Source: an archaeon (GTDB lineage Archaea; Iainarchaeota; Iainarchaeia; Iainarchaeales; 1-14-0-10-31-34). From it: 32,000 nucleotides of DNA. The stretch is from positions 1 to 32,000 of the forward strand of contig JAJRVL010000009.1 in NCBI GenBank assembly GCA_024277355.1. The letters are read 5' to 3'. This document shows positions 18,989 to 28,454 of the stretch, piece by piece. Positions within the stretch are counted from its first letter, which is position 1; each line of letters starts with the position of its first letter. A program made the position numbers and the translations under genes. The notes under the pieces are model-generated. The model was not told the DNA's origin. It searched no databases and was given only the letters and a program-made list of their open reading frames with translations.

Positions 18989-21649
18989 TTAATTTTTAAT
19001 TATTTCTTTTAAGGCGTCTTTATTTTCTATTTTTCCTCTTGCAATTTTGTCGTTTCCGCCGCCTTTTCCTTTTGTTTTAACAAAAATTTCTTTTAAAGTA
19101 TTTTTAGCTTTTAGTTTTGATTTGCTTCCTTCAATAACTAAAATTTCATTTCCATTAACTAAAACAAATTCTGCTTTAGGGTTTTCTTTTGCTAATTTGT
19201 TTCCTAAAGAAATAACTGTTTTTACAGGCATATCATCAGCTAAAATAAAATTTCTTCCAGAATTATTTTTTATTTTGAATTCTTTTTCTGTAAAATTTCC
19301 TTTATTTATTTGTTTTCTTAATTTTTTCCATTCTTCAATTATTCTTTTATTTGATTCAAGTATTTTTGTTTCAGGGCTTCCAAGTAATTCAGCTGTTTCT
19401 CTAATTATTTTTTCTTTTTCCTGAATTAATTTAATTGCACTTAATCCAACAGTATAATTAATTCTTTCAATTCCATCTTTTATTCCGTCTCTTTTAATTA
19501 TTTTAAATAAACCAATTTCACCGGTGTTTTTTATATGGGTTCCTCCGCATGCTTCAACATCATAACCTTTAATATTTAAAATTCTTAATTCTTTTCCAGG
19601 AACAGCCCCGCCTTGATATAACCTAAAACCATATTTTTGTTCAGCTAAATTTCTATCTAAAACAAAATTCTCAACTTCAACGTTTTCCTGAATGATTTTA
19701 TTTGCAGTAAATTCAATTTTTCTTAATTCTTCTGATGAAATTTTCTTAAAGTGAGTTAAATCTAAATGTGCTTTATGTTCATCTTTTTTACTTCCGCCCT
19801 GCCAGATATGATTTCCTAATACTTCTCTTGCAGCAGCATTTAATACATGAGCTGCAGTATGATGCTTCATTATGCTGTGGCGTTTTTTCCAGTTAATTTT
19901 TCCTATTACAGTCATTCCTTTTTTAAATGAATTAGCTTTCTCCATTTCATGTAATATTACTCCCTGCTGCTGTTGTGTATCTAAAACTTTTACTCCGTTT
20001 ATTTCTCCTGTGTCTCCAATTTGTCCTCCGCCTTCAGGATAAAAAATAGTTTTATCTAATACTAAATAATTTTCTATTGTACCTAAAACTTTTCCCTGAA
20101 ATTCCTGCATATACCTGTCGTCATAATACAAAGGAAAAGTTTTGTCAAATTTAACTGTAAATTCTCTTTCTTTTTCTTTTTCAATTTCATCATCTTTTGC
20201 TATCATTTGATAAAAATTCTGCGGAATTTCAACTTTAATTCCTTTTTTTTCTGCAATTTCTTTTATTGTTTCAGGTGCAATTCCATCTGATTCATATAAA
20301 GTAAGTAATTCAGATGAAGTAATTCCTTTTGTTTTACTTGTTTTTTCTATAACTGAATTTAATTTTTTTTCTGCATTTAATTTGCTTGCATTATATTTTT
20401 TTTCTTCTTCATGAATAATGTCAATTGCTGTATTTACTCCTTCTTTTATTTCTTCATCTAATTCTTTTAAATGCAAAGCATGGTTTTCAAGTATTTTTCC
20501 AAAATCTAAATTAAAATTAAATTCTTTATTAAAAGCAAAAACTCTTCTTAACAGCATTCTTAAATTATATCCTCCGCCTGAATTAGACGGAAGCATACCG
20601 TCATTAGTTGTATAAAGAATATTCTTCAAGTGATCAGCAATCCCATATAATGCCTGTAATTTTTCTAAATCAGAAAAAAATTCTTTTCCTGCACCAATTT
20701 TTTTGCCAATTAATCCCTTTTGTTTTTCATAATCAGTTAAATCACTTTCAAGTTTTCCTGATAATTTAGCGTATTCAGTAAAAAGTTTTTCGTTTACTTT
20801 AATTCCAGTTTGTTTTTTCATATCATAAATTGCTTTTCCAAAAGCAATTTCATAACTTGTAGCTGAACCATTAGTAAACCAGGCTAATCTTTCTAATCCT
20901 GCTCCCATGTCAATTACTTTTGTATCTAATTCCCTGTATTTTCCGTTTCCCATATCCTTGTATTGCATAAAAACAATATTTCCTAATTCAACTCCATTAG
21001 CACAATATTCAATGCAAGGCCCAAATGAACCTCCTCCCATCCAGACGTCTTCCTGAAAAACTAAATCTTTTTCTTTTACTCCTAAAACTTTCATTACATA
21101 TTCATAATCATATTTTATTGCTTCTTCTTTCCAGTAAAATTCTCCGGTTTTTTTTGTATTAAATGCATGCTGTCCAAACATTACAAAACAAGTATAATGT
21201 CTTCCAGTTACTCCAACATTATTTACGTCTCCAAACCTAATGCTTGTCTGAGGTACAATTAAAGGGTTAGCTGGAGGATCAAATTCTCCGTTAACAACAT
21301 AAGGCTGAAAATCAATTATTGAAGCATTAGTAAAATATAAGTCATCTCTCCATCTGCTTACAGTTGGATAACGTTTAATTGAAGTATGCTTGTTTTTTTC
21401 AAAAAACTTTTCTATTTCTTTCCATGTTTCAATATAACTTAATTTTTTTGTTGATTTTCCAATAAAGTCATATCCAACACAGCTTGCATCAGCACAAGTT
21501 TTTCTGCTTGAATCAACTGACCAAAAATTTACTCCGCAAGAACTACATTTTTTTCTTTGAAATCCTTTATCTTTAAAGAATTTTAAGTTATAATGTTTTT
21601 TCCAGTCTTTAGCAAACTTTTCTTTTAATTCTTTTTTTGAAACACTCAT
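18989..21649 (-). CDS. alaS: Alanyl-tRNA synthetase, archaeal type
   Basis: CSSCGVNFWSVDSSRKTCAD, INDFQPYVV-type class II region, HTAAHVLNAAAREVLG, VEACGGTHIKNTGEIG; archaeal N-terminal extension. Confidence 0.97.
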   Translation of the reverse strand: MSVSKKELKEKFAKDWKKHYNLKFFKDKGFQRKKCSSCGVNFWSVDSSRKTCADASCVGYDFIGKSTKKLSYIETWKEIEKFFEKNKHTSIKRYPTVSRWRDDLYFTNASIIDFQPYVVNGEFDPPANPLIVPQTSIRFGDVNNVGVTGRHYTCFVMFGQHAFNTKKTGEFYWKEEAIKYDYEYVMKVLGVKEKDLVFQEDVWMGGGSFGPCIEYCANGVELGNIVFMQYKDMGNGKYRELDTKVIDMGAGLERLAWFTNGSATSYEIAFGKAIYDMKKQTGIKVNEKLFTEYAKLSGKLESDLTDYEKQKGLIGKKIGAGKEFFSDLEKLQALYGIADHLKNILYTTNDGMLPSNSGGGYNLRMLLRRVFAFNKEFNFNLDFGKILENHALHLKELDEEIKEGVNTAIDIIHEEEKKYNASKLNAEKKLNSVIEKTSKTKGITSSELLTLYESDGIAPETIKEIAEKKGIKVEIPQNFYQMIAKDDEIEKEKEREFTVKFDKTFPLYYDDRYMQEFQGKVLGTIENYLVLDKTIFYPEGGGQIGDTGEINGVKVLDTQQQQGVILHEMEKANSFKKGMTVIGKINWKKRHSIMKHHTAAHVLNAAAREVLGNHIWQGGSKKDEHKAHLDLTHFKKISSEELRKIEFTANKIIQENVEVENFVLDRNLAEQKYGFRLYQGGAVPGKELRILNIKGYDVEACGGTHIKNTGEIGLFKIIKRDGIKDGIERINYTVGLSAIKLIQEKEKIIRETAELLGSPETKILESNKRIIEEWKKLRKQINKGNFTEKEFKIKNNSGRNFILADDMPVKTVISLGNKLAKENPKAEFVLVNGNEILVIEGSKSKLKAKNTLKEIFVKTKGKGGGNDKIARGKIENKDALKEIIKN

Positions 21650-21723
21650 TTAATCACTTAACTTATATTAAGAAACAGTAAAAGTAATTAAATTTGATGG
21701 TTTTAAGAAAAAGTTATAGCAGT

Positions 21724-21767
21724 GCTATCAAAGATAGCTCATCGTAGCCGCCAGCCAAAACTGGCGG
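21724..21767 (-). repeat. Two-hairpin element immediately 3' of RNase P RNA
   Basis: GCTATC-AAA-GATAGC and CCGCCAG-CCAAAA-CTGGCGG; related to the element at 28382-28430. Confidence 0.65.
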
Positions 21768-22062
21768 GGTTGTGGAGAGTAAGCCGCTTTTTGTTTTACC
21801 AGCATTCACCTTTGCGTCTTAAAGACTTGCACTCCCAGAACATATTTCATTTCTGTTTAACCTAAAGCACGTTTCATCCTTTTTCCAGAAAACTCACTTA
21901 AAGGTCATCATAATTCTGGAATGGTTTCGTTTCTGCTCTTCAGGAAACCCTCTAAGGTTTGTTTTTGATGAAACTTTTTTTAAAAGTTTCTAGGAATGAG
22001 TGAGCGGACTTTCCTCAGCTCCATTTCGAAAAATGGTACCGTCAGCTGGTCTTCCACTACCC
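21767..22062 (-). ncRNA. rnpB: RNase P RNA
   Basis: Minus strand has CTGAGGAAAGTCCGCTC near the 5' end and ACAAAAAGCGGCTTAC near the 3' end. Ends pair as P1: GGGTAGTGGA / TCCACAACCC. Confidence 0.93.
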
Positions 22063-22117
22063 TATATATTAATGAAAAAACCAGTTTTTAAAGGTTTTTT
22101 TAGGTTTTTAAGGCCTA

Positions 22118-23050
22118 TTATTTTTTTATTTTTTCAATTAAATAAAGCATTATTGCTTTTTGTGCATGCAGTCTGTTTTCTGCTTCATCAAATACAATTG
22201 ACTGTTTTCCATCAATTACTTCTGCTGTTTGTTCCATTCCTCTTATTGCAGGCAGACAATTCATAAAAATTGCGTTATCTTTTGCTTTACTCATTAATTC
22301 TGAGTTAACTTGAAATGGAGTAAAAATTTTTATTCTTTCTTCTTTTTCTGTTTCAGGAATATGATATGACATCCATGAATCAGTGTAAACTACATCAGCA
22401 TTTTCTACTGCTTTTTTTGCATCATTTAAAACTTCAATTTTGCTTCCTGTCTCTTTTGCGTTTTCCATTGCTTTATCTAATACATCTTTCTGAGGCATAA
22501 ATTCTTTTCCTTCAGGACAGGCAACTGAAATATTCATTCCCACCATACTGCATCCAAGCAGTAAAGAATGAGTTACATTATTATTGCTGTCACCGCAATA
22601 AGCTAATTTTAATCCTTTTAGTTTTCCTTTTTTTTCTTTTATTATCTGTAAATCTGCCATAATCTGGCATGGATGATATTTGTCTGTTAAAGCATTAATT
22701 ACAGGAACACTTGAATTTTCTGCTAAAGATTCAATGTCTTTTTGTTTAAACAATCTTGCCATAATAATATTCACATATCTTGAAGCAGTTTTTGCGGTAT
22801 CTTCAATTGATTCTTTTTTTCCTAAAGGAGAATCTTTAATTGAATAAAATATTCCGTGGCCTCCCATTTGAGTCATTCCAACTTCAAATGAAACTCTTGT
22901 TCTTAATGAAGGTTTTTCAAATATCATTAATAAAGTTTTATTTTTTAAAGCTTCAGAATATTTTTCTGGGTTTTTTTTCATTTCAATTGCTTTATCTATT
23001 ATTTCTTCAAATTCTTTTATTGTAAAATCGTTTAAACTTCTTAAATGCAT
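22118..23050 (-). CDS. argF: Ornithine carbamoyltransferase
   Basis: IFEKPSLRTRVSFEVGMTQMGGH, YHPCQIMADL, FMNCLPAIRG, DEAENRLHAQKAIM. Confidence 0.93.
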   Translation of the reverse strand: MHLRSLNDFTIKEFEEIIDKAIEMKKNPEKYSEALKNKTLLMIFEKPSLRTRVSFEVGMTQMGGHGIFYSIKDSPLGKKESIEDTAKTASRYVNIIMARLFKQKDIESLAENSSVPVINALTDKYHPCQIMADLQIIKEKKGKLKGLKLAYCGDSNNNVTHSLLLGCSMVGMNISVACPEGKEFMPQKDVLDKAMENAKETGSKIEVLNDAKKAVENADVVYTDSWMSYHIPETEKEERIKIFTPFQVNSELMSKAKDNAIFMNCLPAIRGMEQTAEVIDGKQSIVFDEAENRLHAQKAIMLYLIEKIKK

Positions 23051-23123
23051 TTTATCCCCCTTTTTATCTTAATATTTTTTCTTTAATTCAAATTTTAAAG
23101 GTTTTCCTTTTATTTCTTCTTTT

Positions 23124-23737
23124 ATGCCTGTAAAAAAAATAAAAAAGCCTGAACCTAAAATTAATTTTTTGGATTTAGGTTTTGGTAAAGGAAAAAGATT
23201 AATTGAATTAGCTAAACGAAAACAAAGCAAAAAAAGAAAGTTAATTGGAATTGATGAAAAAAAAACACGAATTTAATTGCAAAAGAAAGAAAAAATTTAA
23301 AGTTAATTTTTGATAATGCTTTAGATTCATTAAAAAAATTTAAATCAAAGTCAGTTAAAGTAGTTAATGGAGATTTTTTACTTGGAGGATATAATCATAA
23401 ATCTAAAAATAAAACTCCTCCAGCTGATTTGTTTGAAGATTATTATTTTGCTTTAGCAGACAAATACCATAAATTTATTGAATTAGGTAAAGTTTTTACT
23501 CAAGTAAAAAGAATTTTAGTTCCAAATGGAAGATTTTATTTATCAATGTATAAAGGAAATCTGAATTATTTAAAAGAATTAACTGAAGTAAGCGGCTTTA
23601 AAATTGACAGAATTATTGAAGTAACAAAAAAGAACGCAAAAAGCAGTACTGCTAAAAAACAATTATCAGGGAAAAATTCAAAAAGTATTTCTCAAGAAAA
23701 GCACCCTATTAGAGTATTGTTAAGAAAAGAACATTAA
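23124..23737 (+). pseudogene. Methyltransferase-like protein with apparent -1 frameshift at a 9-A tract; paralog of 27594..28307
   Basis: 23124-23276 encodes MPVKKIKKPEPKINFLDLGFGKGKRLIELAKRKQSKKRKLIGIDEKKTRI*. After A9 (23257-23265) the next frame continues NLIAKERKNLKLIFDNALDSLKKF...VKVVNGDFLLGG...FTQVKRILVPNGRFYLSMY... to 23737. Confidence 0.7.
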
Positions 23738-23794
23738 TTTTAAAGCTTTTCTTTTTCCTTTGTTCTTTAAATTATTTTCCTTGAATAATCTGTT

Positions 23795-24607
23795 ATGTTG
23801 CATACAATCAGAACTTTTCCGTTTGAATACTCATTAAATAAAGCTGAAATAACTGTTTTAGGAATTCCTTTTGATTCAACTGAAACAGGAAAATCAGTTA
23901 AATATGGTTCTTTATTTATCCGCGAAGCCATAAAAAATCTTCCAGGATTTGACTTAGAAACAAAAACAAACATTTATGAAAAATTCAAGTTCGCTGATTC
24001 AGGAGATGTAGAAGTTGTTCCAGGAAACTGGAATTTAACTGAAAAAAAAATTAATGAAACAATCAAAGAAATATTTAAAGAAAACCCAAAAATTTTTCCG
24101 ATTTTTTTTGGCGGAGAACACTTAATTTCTTTAGCAGTAATTAATGCTTTAACTGAAATAAAAAAAGAAAAAATAACAGTAATTCATTTTGATGCACACA
24201 GAGATTTAATGCCTGAATTTTTAGGAGAAAAATTTTCACACATAACCTGGGGAAATCATTTACTAAACAATAAAAACATTGAGTTAATTCAGTTAGGAAT
24301 CAGAAGTTCTTCTCCAGAAGAAGAAAAAACAGCAAAAAAATTTAAAATAAAAAATACATTAAAAAACATTAAAGGAAAAGTTTATGTTTCAGTTGATTTA
24401 GATGTATTTGATCCTGTTTTTGCACCTGAAGTCGGCACACCAGAACCTTTTGGAATGAAACAACATGAATTTTTTTCTTTACTAAAAAAAGTCTGCAATA
24501 AAAATCTAATTGGATTAGATTTAGTTGAATGTTCTTCAGATAAAATTAATACTCAAACAGCATTGCTTGCTGCAAATATTTTTAAAAAGGTTTTAGCATG
24601 GAAGTAA
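23795..24607 (+). CDS. speB: Agmatinase/arginase family protein
   Basis: FFGGEHLISLAVINAL, TVIHFDAHRDLMPEF, VYVSVDLDVFDPVFAPEVGTPEPFG metal-binding motifs. Confidence 0.85.
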   Translation: MLHTIRTFPFEYSLNKAEITVLGIPFDSTETGKSVKYGSLFIREAIKNLPGFDLETKTNIYEKFKFADSGDVEVVPGNWNLTEKKINETIKEIFKENPKIFPIFFGGEHLISLAVINALTEIKKEKITVIHFDAHRDLMPEFLGEKFSHITWGNHLLNNKNIELIQLGIRSSSPEEEKTAKKFKIKNTLKNIKGKVYVSVDLDVFDPVFAPEVGTPEPFGMKQHEFFSLLKKVCNKNLIGLDLVECSSDKINTQTALLAANIFKKVLAWK

Positions 24608-25920
24608 AATTATCTCACGGAAAAGGAAATCATATTGGATTTGACTGTTTTAATTGCAATAAAAAAGCATTAAATGATGAAAAAAAAGTAAAAGAATTTT
24701 TAATTGAAATTTCTGATGCAATTGAAATGAAAAGACTATGCAAACCTGTTGTAATTTCCCATAAACATGAAAAAAAAACTGAAAGCGGAATAACTGGTTT
24801 TGTTATTATTTCTGAAAGCCATATTTCAATTCACACTTACCCTGAAAAAGGCGAAGCATTTATTGATGTTTTTTCCTGCAAAGAATTTAATGAAACCAAA
24901 GCAAAAAATAAAATACAGGAATTTTTTTCTCCAAAAAAAATTGAAAAACTAATTAATTTCAGAGGAAAAGGAAAATTTAATTTAGAAAAATTATCTATTC
25001 CAATTAAAGGAAAAACTAATGCAAAAACAATTCCTGAATTAATTACAGGAATGGATTCAATTGGATTCCAGGCAAGCCATTTAAGCAAAGCAGGAAAAAT
25101 AATAAAAAAAATGCAGTCAGAAAAAGCAGTAATTTTTTTGTCTTTTACTTCTAACATGGTTTCATCTGGTTTAAGAGAATTATTTGCTTTTATGTTAAAA
25201 CACAAAATGGTTAATGCAGTTATAACTACTGTTGGTTCAATTGAAGAAGACTTAATGAAAACCCATAAACCTTTTTTATTAGGAAGCTTTGAAGCAAATG
25301 ATTTAGATTTACATAAAAAAGGAATTAATCGAATAGGCAATATTTTTGTTCCAACTGAAAGATATAAATGGCTGGAAAAACAATTACAGCCTTTTTTTAA
25401 AGAAATGTATTTTTTACAGAAAAAAAAATCAAGACTGCTTTCTTCCCGTGAAATAATTTTTGAGTTAGGAAAAAAAATTAAAGACGAAAACTCAATTCTT
25501 TTTTGGGCGACAAAAAACAATATTCCAGTTTTTTGTCCTGCAATAACTGACGGTGCATTTGGCTTAAACCTTTATACTTTTAAACAGCAAAACAAAACTT
25601 TTGGAATTGACGTTACAGCAGACATGCAGGAATTAGCTGACTTAGTTTTAACAGCAGAAAAAACTGCATGAATAATTTTAGGAGGAAGTGTTCCAAAACA
25701 CCATTTAATCGGCATAAATATTTTAAGAGACGGATTAGATTATGCAGTTTATGTTTCAACTGCAACAGAAGGAGATGGATCATTATCAGGAGCAAAAGTA
25801 AAAGAAGCAGTTTCATGGGGAAAAATAAATGAAAAATCAGAAAACATTTACATTGAAGGAGATGCAACAATAATTTTTCCTTTATTATTTTATTCAATGA
25901 AAGAAAATTCAGGAAAGTAA
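24598..25920 (+). CDS. Fusion of S-adenosylmethionine decarboxylase (SpeD-like) and deoxyhypusine synthase, interrupted by in-frame TGA at 25669-25671
   Basis: SpeD part: VIISESHISIHTYPEKGEAFIDVFSC. DHS part: FTSNMVSSGLRELFAFMLKHKMVNAVITTVGSIEEDLMK...INRIGNIFVP...PVFCPAITDGAFG. After the TGA, same frame: IILGGSVPKHHLIGINILRDGLDYAVYVSTATEGDGSLSGAKVKEAVSWGKI...DATIIFPLL...*. Confidence 0.85.
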
Positions 25921-25927
25921 TCTAAAA

Positions 25928-26461
25928 ATGATTTTTATTTTTTTAATTGCATTTTTCACCGGCTTTTTAAGTAAACTAACTGATTTAATTGAAGAACACA
26001 AAATGAATTTGCCTTTAATTGTTTCAAGAATTTCAGGAATAATTTACGGAATACTAATAGCTTATGTAATTTCTGTTTCAAGTGAATTATCTGCTTTATG
26101 GATTGCAGTAGTAATCAGCACAATTATAACAAAAAAAATTGATTCATTAGGACATTATTTAGGAATTTTATCTATGTTAATTTCCCTTATTTTCTTTGGC
26201 ATAACAGAAATAAATTATTATTTCTTAATTCTATTTTTAGCAGCATCAATTGCTGAAGAAATAATTAACAATAAAATAGTTGATGCAGGAAAAATCAAAA
26301 ACAAATTATTAAATGAATTAATGAAATTAAGACCTTTACTTGAAATTACTGCGTTTATTGTTTCATTTATTTCAGGTTTATGGATTATCTGGTTTGGTTT
26401 GCTTTCATTTGATTTAGGTTATATTTTAATTGACAAAATAAAAACAAAATTTAATTTATAG
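25928..26461 (+). CDS. Polytopic membrane protein
   Basis: Multiple hydrophobic helices; no family confidently recognised. Confidence 0.6.
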   Translation: MIFIFLIAFFTGFLSKLTDLIEEHKMNLPLIVSRISGIIYGILIAYVISVSSELSALWIAVVISTIITKKIDSLGHYLGILSMLISLIFFGITEINYYFLILFLAASIAEEIINNKIVDAGKIKNKLLNELMKLRPLLEITAFIVSFISGLWIIWFGLLSFDLGYILIDKIKTKFNL

Positions 26462-26472
26462 TTCCAGAATAA

Positions 26473-27483
26473 TCATTTAATTTCCATCATATAATCAATT
26501 GCTTTTTTTGCTTTTAATCTGATTTCTTCTTTAACTTCAATTATTTGTTTTTCTTCTGGTTTCCTTAAAACCTGTAAAATTAATTCCAAAGTATTTTTTT
26601 TCATATAAGGACATAATTCACAAGTCCCAACAAACTTTTTTTGCATTAATTCAACTTTCATTCTATCACTTAAACCGCATTCTGTAACCATCATAAAACT
26701 TTCAGCTTTATTTGTTTTAGCATAATTAATCATTCCTGAAGTTCCACCAGAAAAATCAGCTAATTCCACTACACTTGGATTGCATTCAGTGTGAACTAAA
26801 ATTTTTGTTCCAGGATATTTTTCTTTTATTTCTTCAATTTGTTTTACATTAAATTCTTTATGCACAACACATAAACCATCCCAAAAAATAATTTTTTTCT
26901 TTGTTTTATTCTGAATATTTTTTGCCATTAATTTATCAGGCAGAAAAATAATTTTGTTTTCTTTAAAACTTTCAATTACTTTTAATGCATTTGCAGATGT
27001 GCAACAAGCATTGCATTCAGCTTTAACTTCAGCTGAAGTATTAACATAACATACAACCGGAACACCAGGATTTTCTGCTTTAAGTTTTCTTACATCTTCT
27101 CCAGTAATTGATTCACTTAAAGAACAACCTGCTTCTAATGAAGGCAGTAAAACAGTTTTTTTTGGAGACAAAATTTTTGCTGTTTCAGCCATAAACTTTA
27201 CTCCGGCAAAAACAATTGTTTCAGCTTTAGTTTCTGAAGCTTGTCTGCTTAATTCCAATGAATCTCCAACAAAATCCGCTACACCATAAATTATATCTGG
27301 AGTCTGATAACTATGTGCAAGAATCACTGCATTTTTTTCTTTTTTTAGTTTGTTAATCTCCAGAGTAAGCGCAGCAAAACTATAACATTCATCTAAAGAA
27401 AACTTTACTTTTTTTAGTTTTTCATAAAGCCTTTTAGCTTCTTTTTTGATTTCTTCTTCTGAATAAAAAGAACTTTTTTCCAT
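26473..27483 (-). CDS. nadA: Quinolinate synthase
   Basis: AVILAHSYQTPDIIYGVADFVGDSLELSRQA, VLLPSLEAGCSLSESI, VCYVNTSAEVKAECNACCTSANA, GTCELCPYMKKNTL. Confidence 0.95.
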   Translation of the reverse strand: MEKSSFYSEEEIKKEAKRLYEKLKKVKFSLDECYSFAALTLEINKLKKEKNAVILAHSYQTPDIIYGVADFVGDSLELSRQASETKAETIVFAGVKFMAETAKILSPKKTVLLPSLEAGCSLSESITGEDVRKLKAENPGVPVVCYVNTSAEVKAECNACCTSANALKVIESFKENKIIFLPDKLMAKNIQNKTKKKIIFWDGLCVVHKEFNVKQIEEIKEKYPGTKILVHTECNPSVVELADFSGGTSGMINYAKTNKAESFMMVTECGLSDRMKVELMQKKFVGTCELCPYMKKNTLELILQVLRKPEEKQIIEVKEEIRLKAKKAIDYMMEIK

Positions 27484-27593
27484 ATAAATTATTTCTTGCG
27501 TGAACTTTTAAAATATACATCTTTCATACAAAGTATGATAAAATAATAGTCTAAAACAACAGGCTTTTAAACTTAGAAATCCAATTCATTTTT

Positions 27594-28307
27594 ATGCCTT
27601 TAACTGCAAATAAACCTAAAAAACCTTTAATTCATTATTTGGATTTATTTTCAGGAAATTCAGCCAGACTTAAAAGAATGGCTAAAACCCATAAATGGAA
27701 AAATAAAAGATTAAGAGGAATTGAACTCCAAAAACCAAGCAATCTGAAGAAACCAAAAAATTTGAAAGAAGGGAGAAGAACTTTAGTTTTAGGAAAAAAC
27801 CTCAAAATTCATTTTAATGAAGTATTAAAAGAATTAAAAAAATATAAAACTCAATCAGTCCAGGAAGTTAATTCAGATTATCTTTTTGGCGGAATTAAAT
27901 CTGATTATTCAAAAAAAGGAGGATTAGATTATAGTTATGACTCTGAAGCAAACTTATCTGATAAAATTCACAAAGTTTCTTCAATTCTTAATCAAGTAAA
28001 AAGAATTCTTGTTAAAGGAGGACAGCTTTCTTTATCTGATTATGCTATTAACAAAAAATTTTTAGTTGAAATAGCTGAAAGCCATGGCTTTAAGCTTGAA
28101 AGAAATCATCCAATTACTAAAAAAAAACAAGCTAAATCAAGAGACTTAAGAAAAAGTTTTAATGAAATGAAGTTAAATAATCTTGCAAGAAAAAATGTTG
28201 AAAATAATCCAATCTTTAAAGGAAAGACTGAAATATTTACTAAGTTTTTAGACAATGAAAAAATAAGAAGACATCCAGTAAGATTAATTTTTAGAAAAGT
28301 TGCATAA
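27594..28307 (+). CDS. Methyltransferase-like hypothetical protein
   Basis: HYLDLFSGNSARLKRMAK motif-I-like start and KVSSILNQVKRILVKGGQLSLSDY; shares layout with 23124..23737. Confidence 0.45.
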   Translation: MPLTANKPKKPLIHYLDLFSGNSARLKRMAKTHKWKNKRLRGIELQKPSNLKKPKNLKEGRRTLVLGKNLKIHFNEVLKELKKYKTQSVQEVNSDYLFGGIKSDYSKKGGLDYSYDSEANLSDKIHKVSSILNQVKRILVKGGQLSLSDYAINKKFLVEIAESHGFKLERNHPITKKKQAKSRDLRKSFNEMKLNNLARKNVENNPIFKGKTEIFTKFLDNEKIRRHPVRLIFRKVA

Positions 28308-28381
28308 AATCTACTGATGTCTAAACTTAAAACAAAAATCTAATTTAAAAAAAATAAGATAGTTGATACAAGATATGACAG

Positions 28382-28430
28382 CGCTATCGAAGATAGTGCG
28401 TCGTACCCAACAGCCGAAACTGTTGTTGGC
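28382..28430 (-). repeat. Two-hairpin element 3' of 23S rRNA
   Basis: GCGCTATC-GAA-GATAGTGC then CAACAG-CCGAAA-CTGTTG; same layout as 21724-21767. Confidence 0.65.
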
Positions 28431-28454
28431 ATGAAACCCAAATTAAAGAGTTTG

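Noticed and set aside
17322-20615. ORFs 17322..17600 (-), 19047..19424 (+) and 20418..20615 (+)
   Set aside because: Antisense to the RelA/SpoT homolog or alaS; no family signal.
22000-23025. ORFs 22000..22266 (+) and 22840..23025 (+)
   Set aside because: One overlaps RNase P RNA and the argF end, the other is antisense to argF; both are leucine/phenylalanine-rich artefacts.
25669-25671. Selenocysteine or genome-wide TGA reassignment
   Set aside because: Homologs do not carry Cys at this position, no SECIS-like element was recognised, and TGA terminates other genes in the window.
24837-25897. Minus-strand ORFs 24837..25520 and 25613..25897
   Set aside because: Antisense to the SpeD-DHS gene, whose plus-strand frame matches known families; the antisense frames are AT-composition artefacts.
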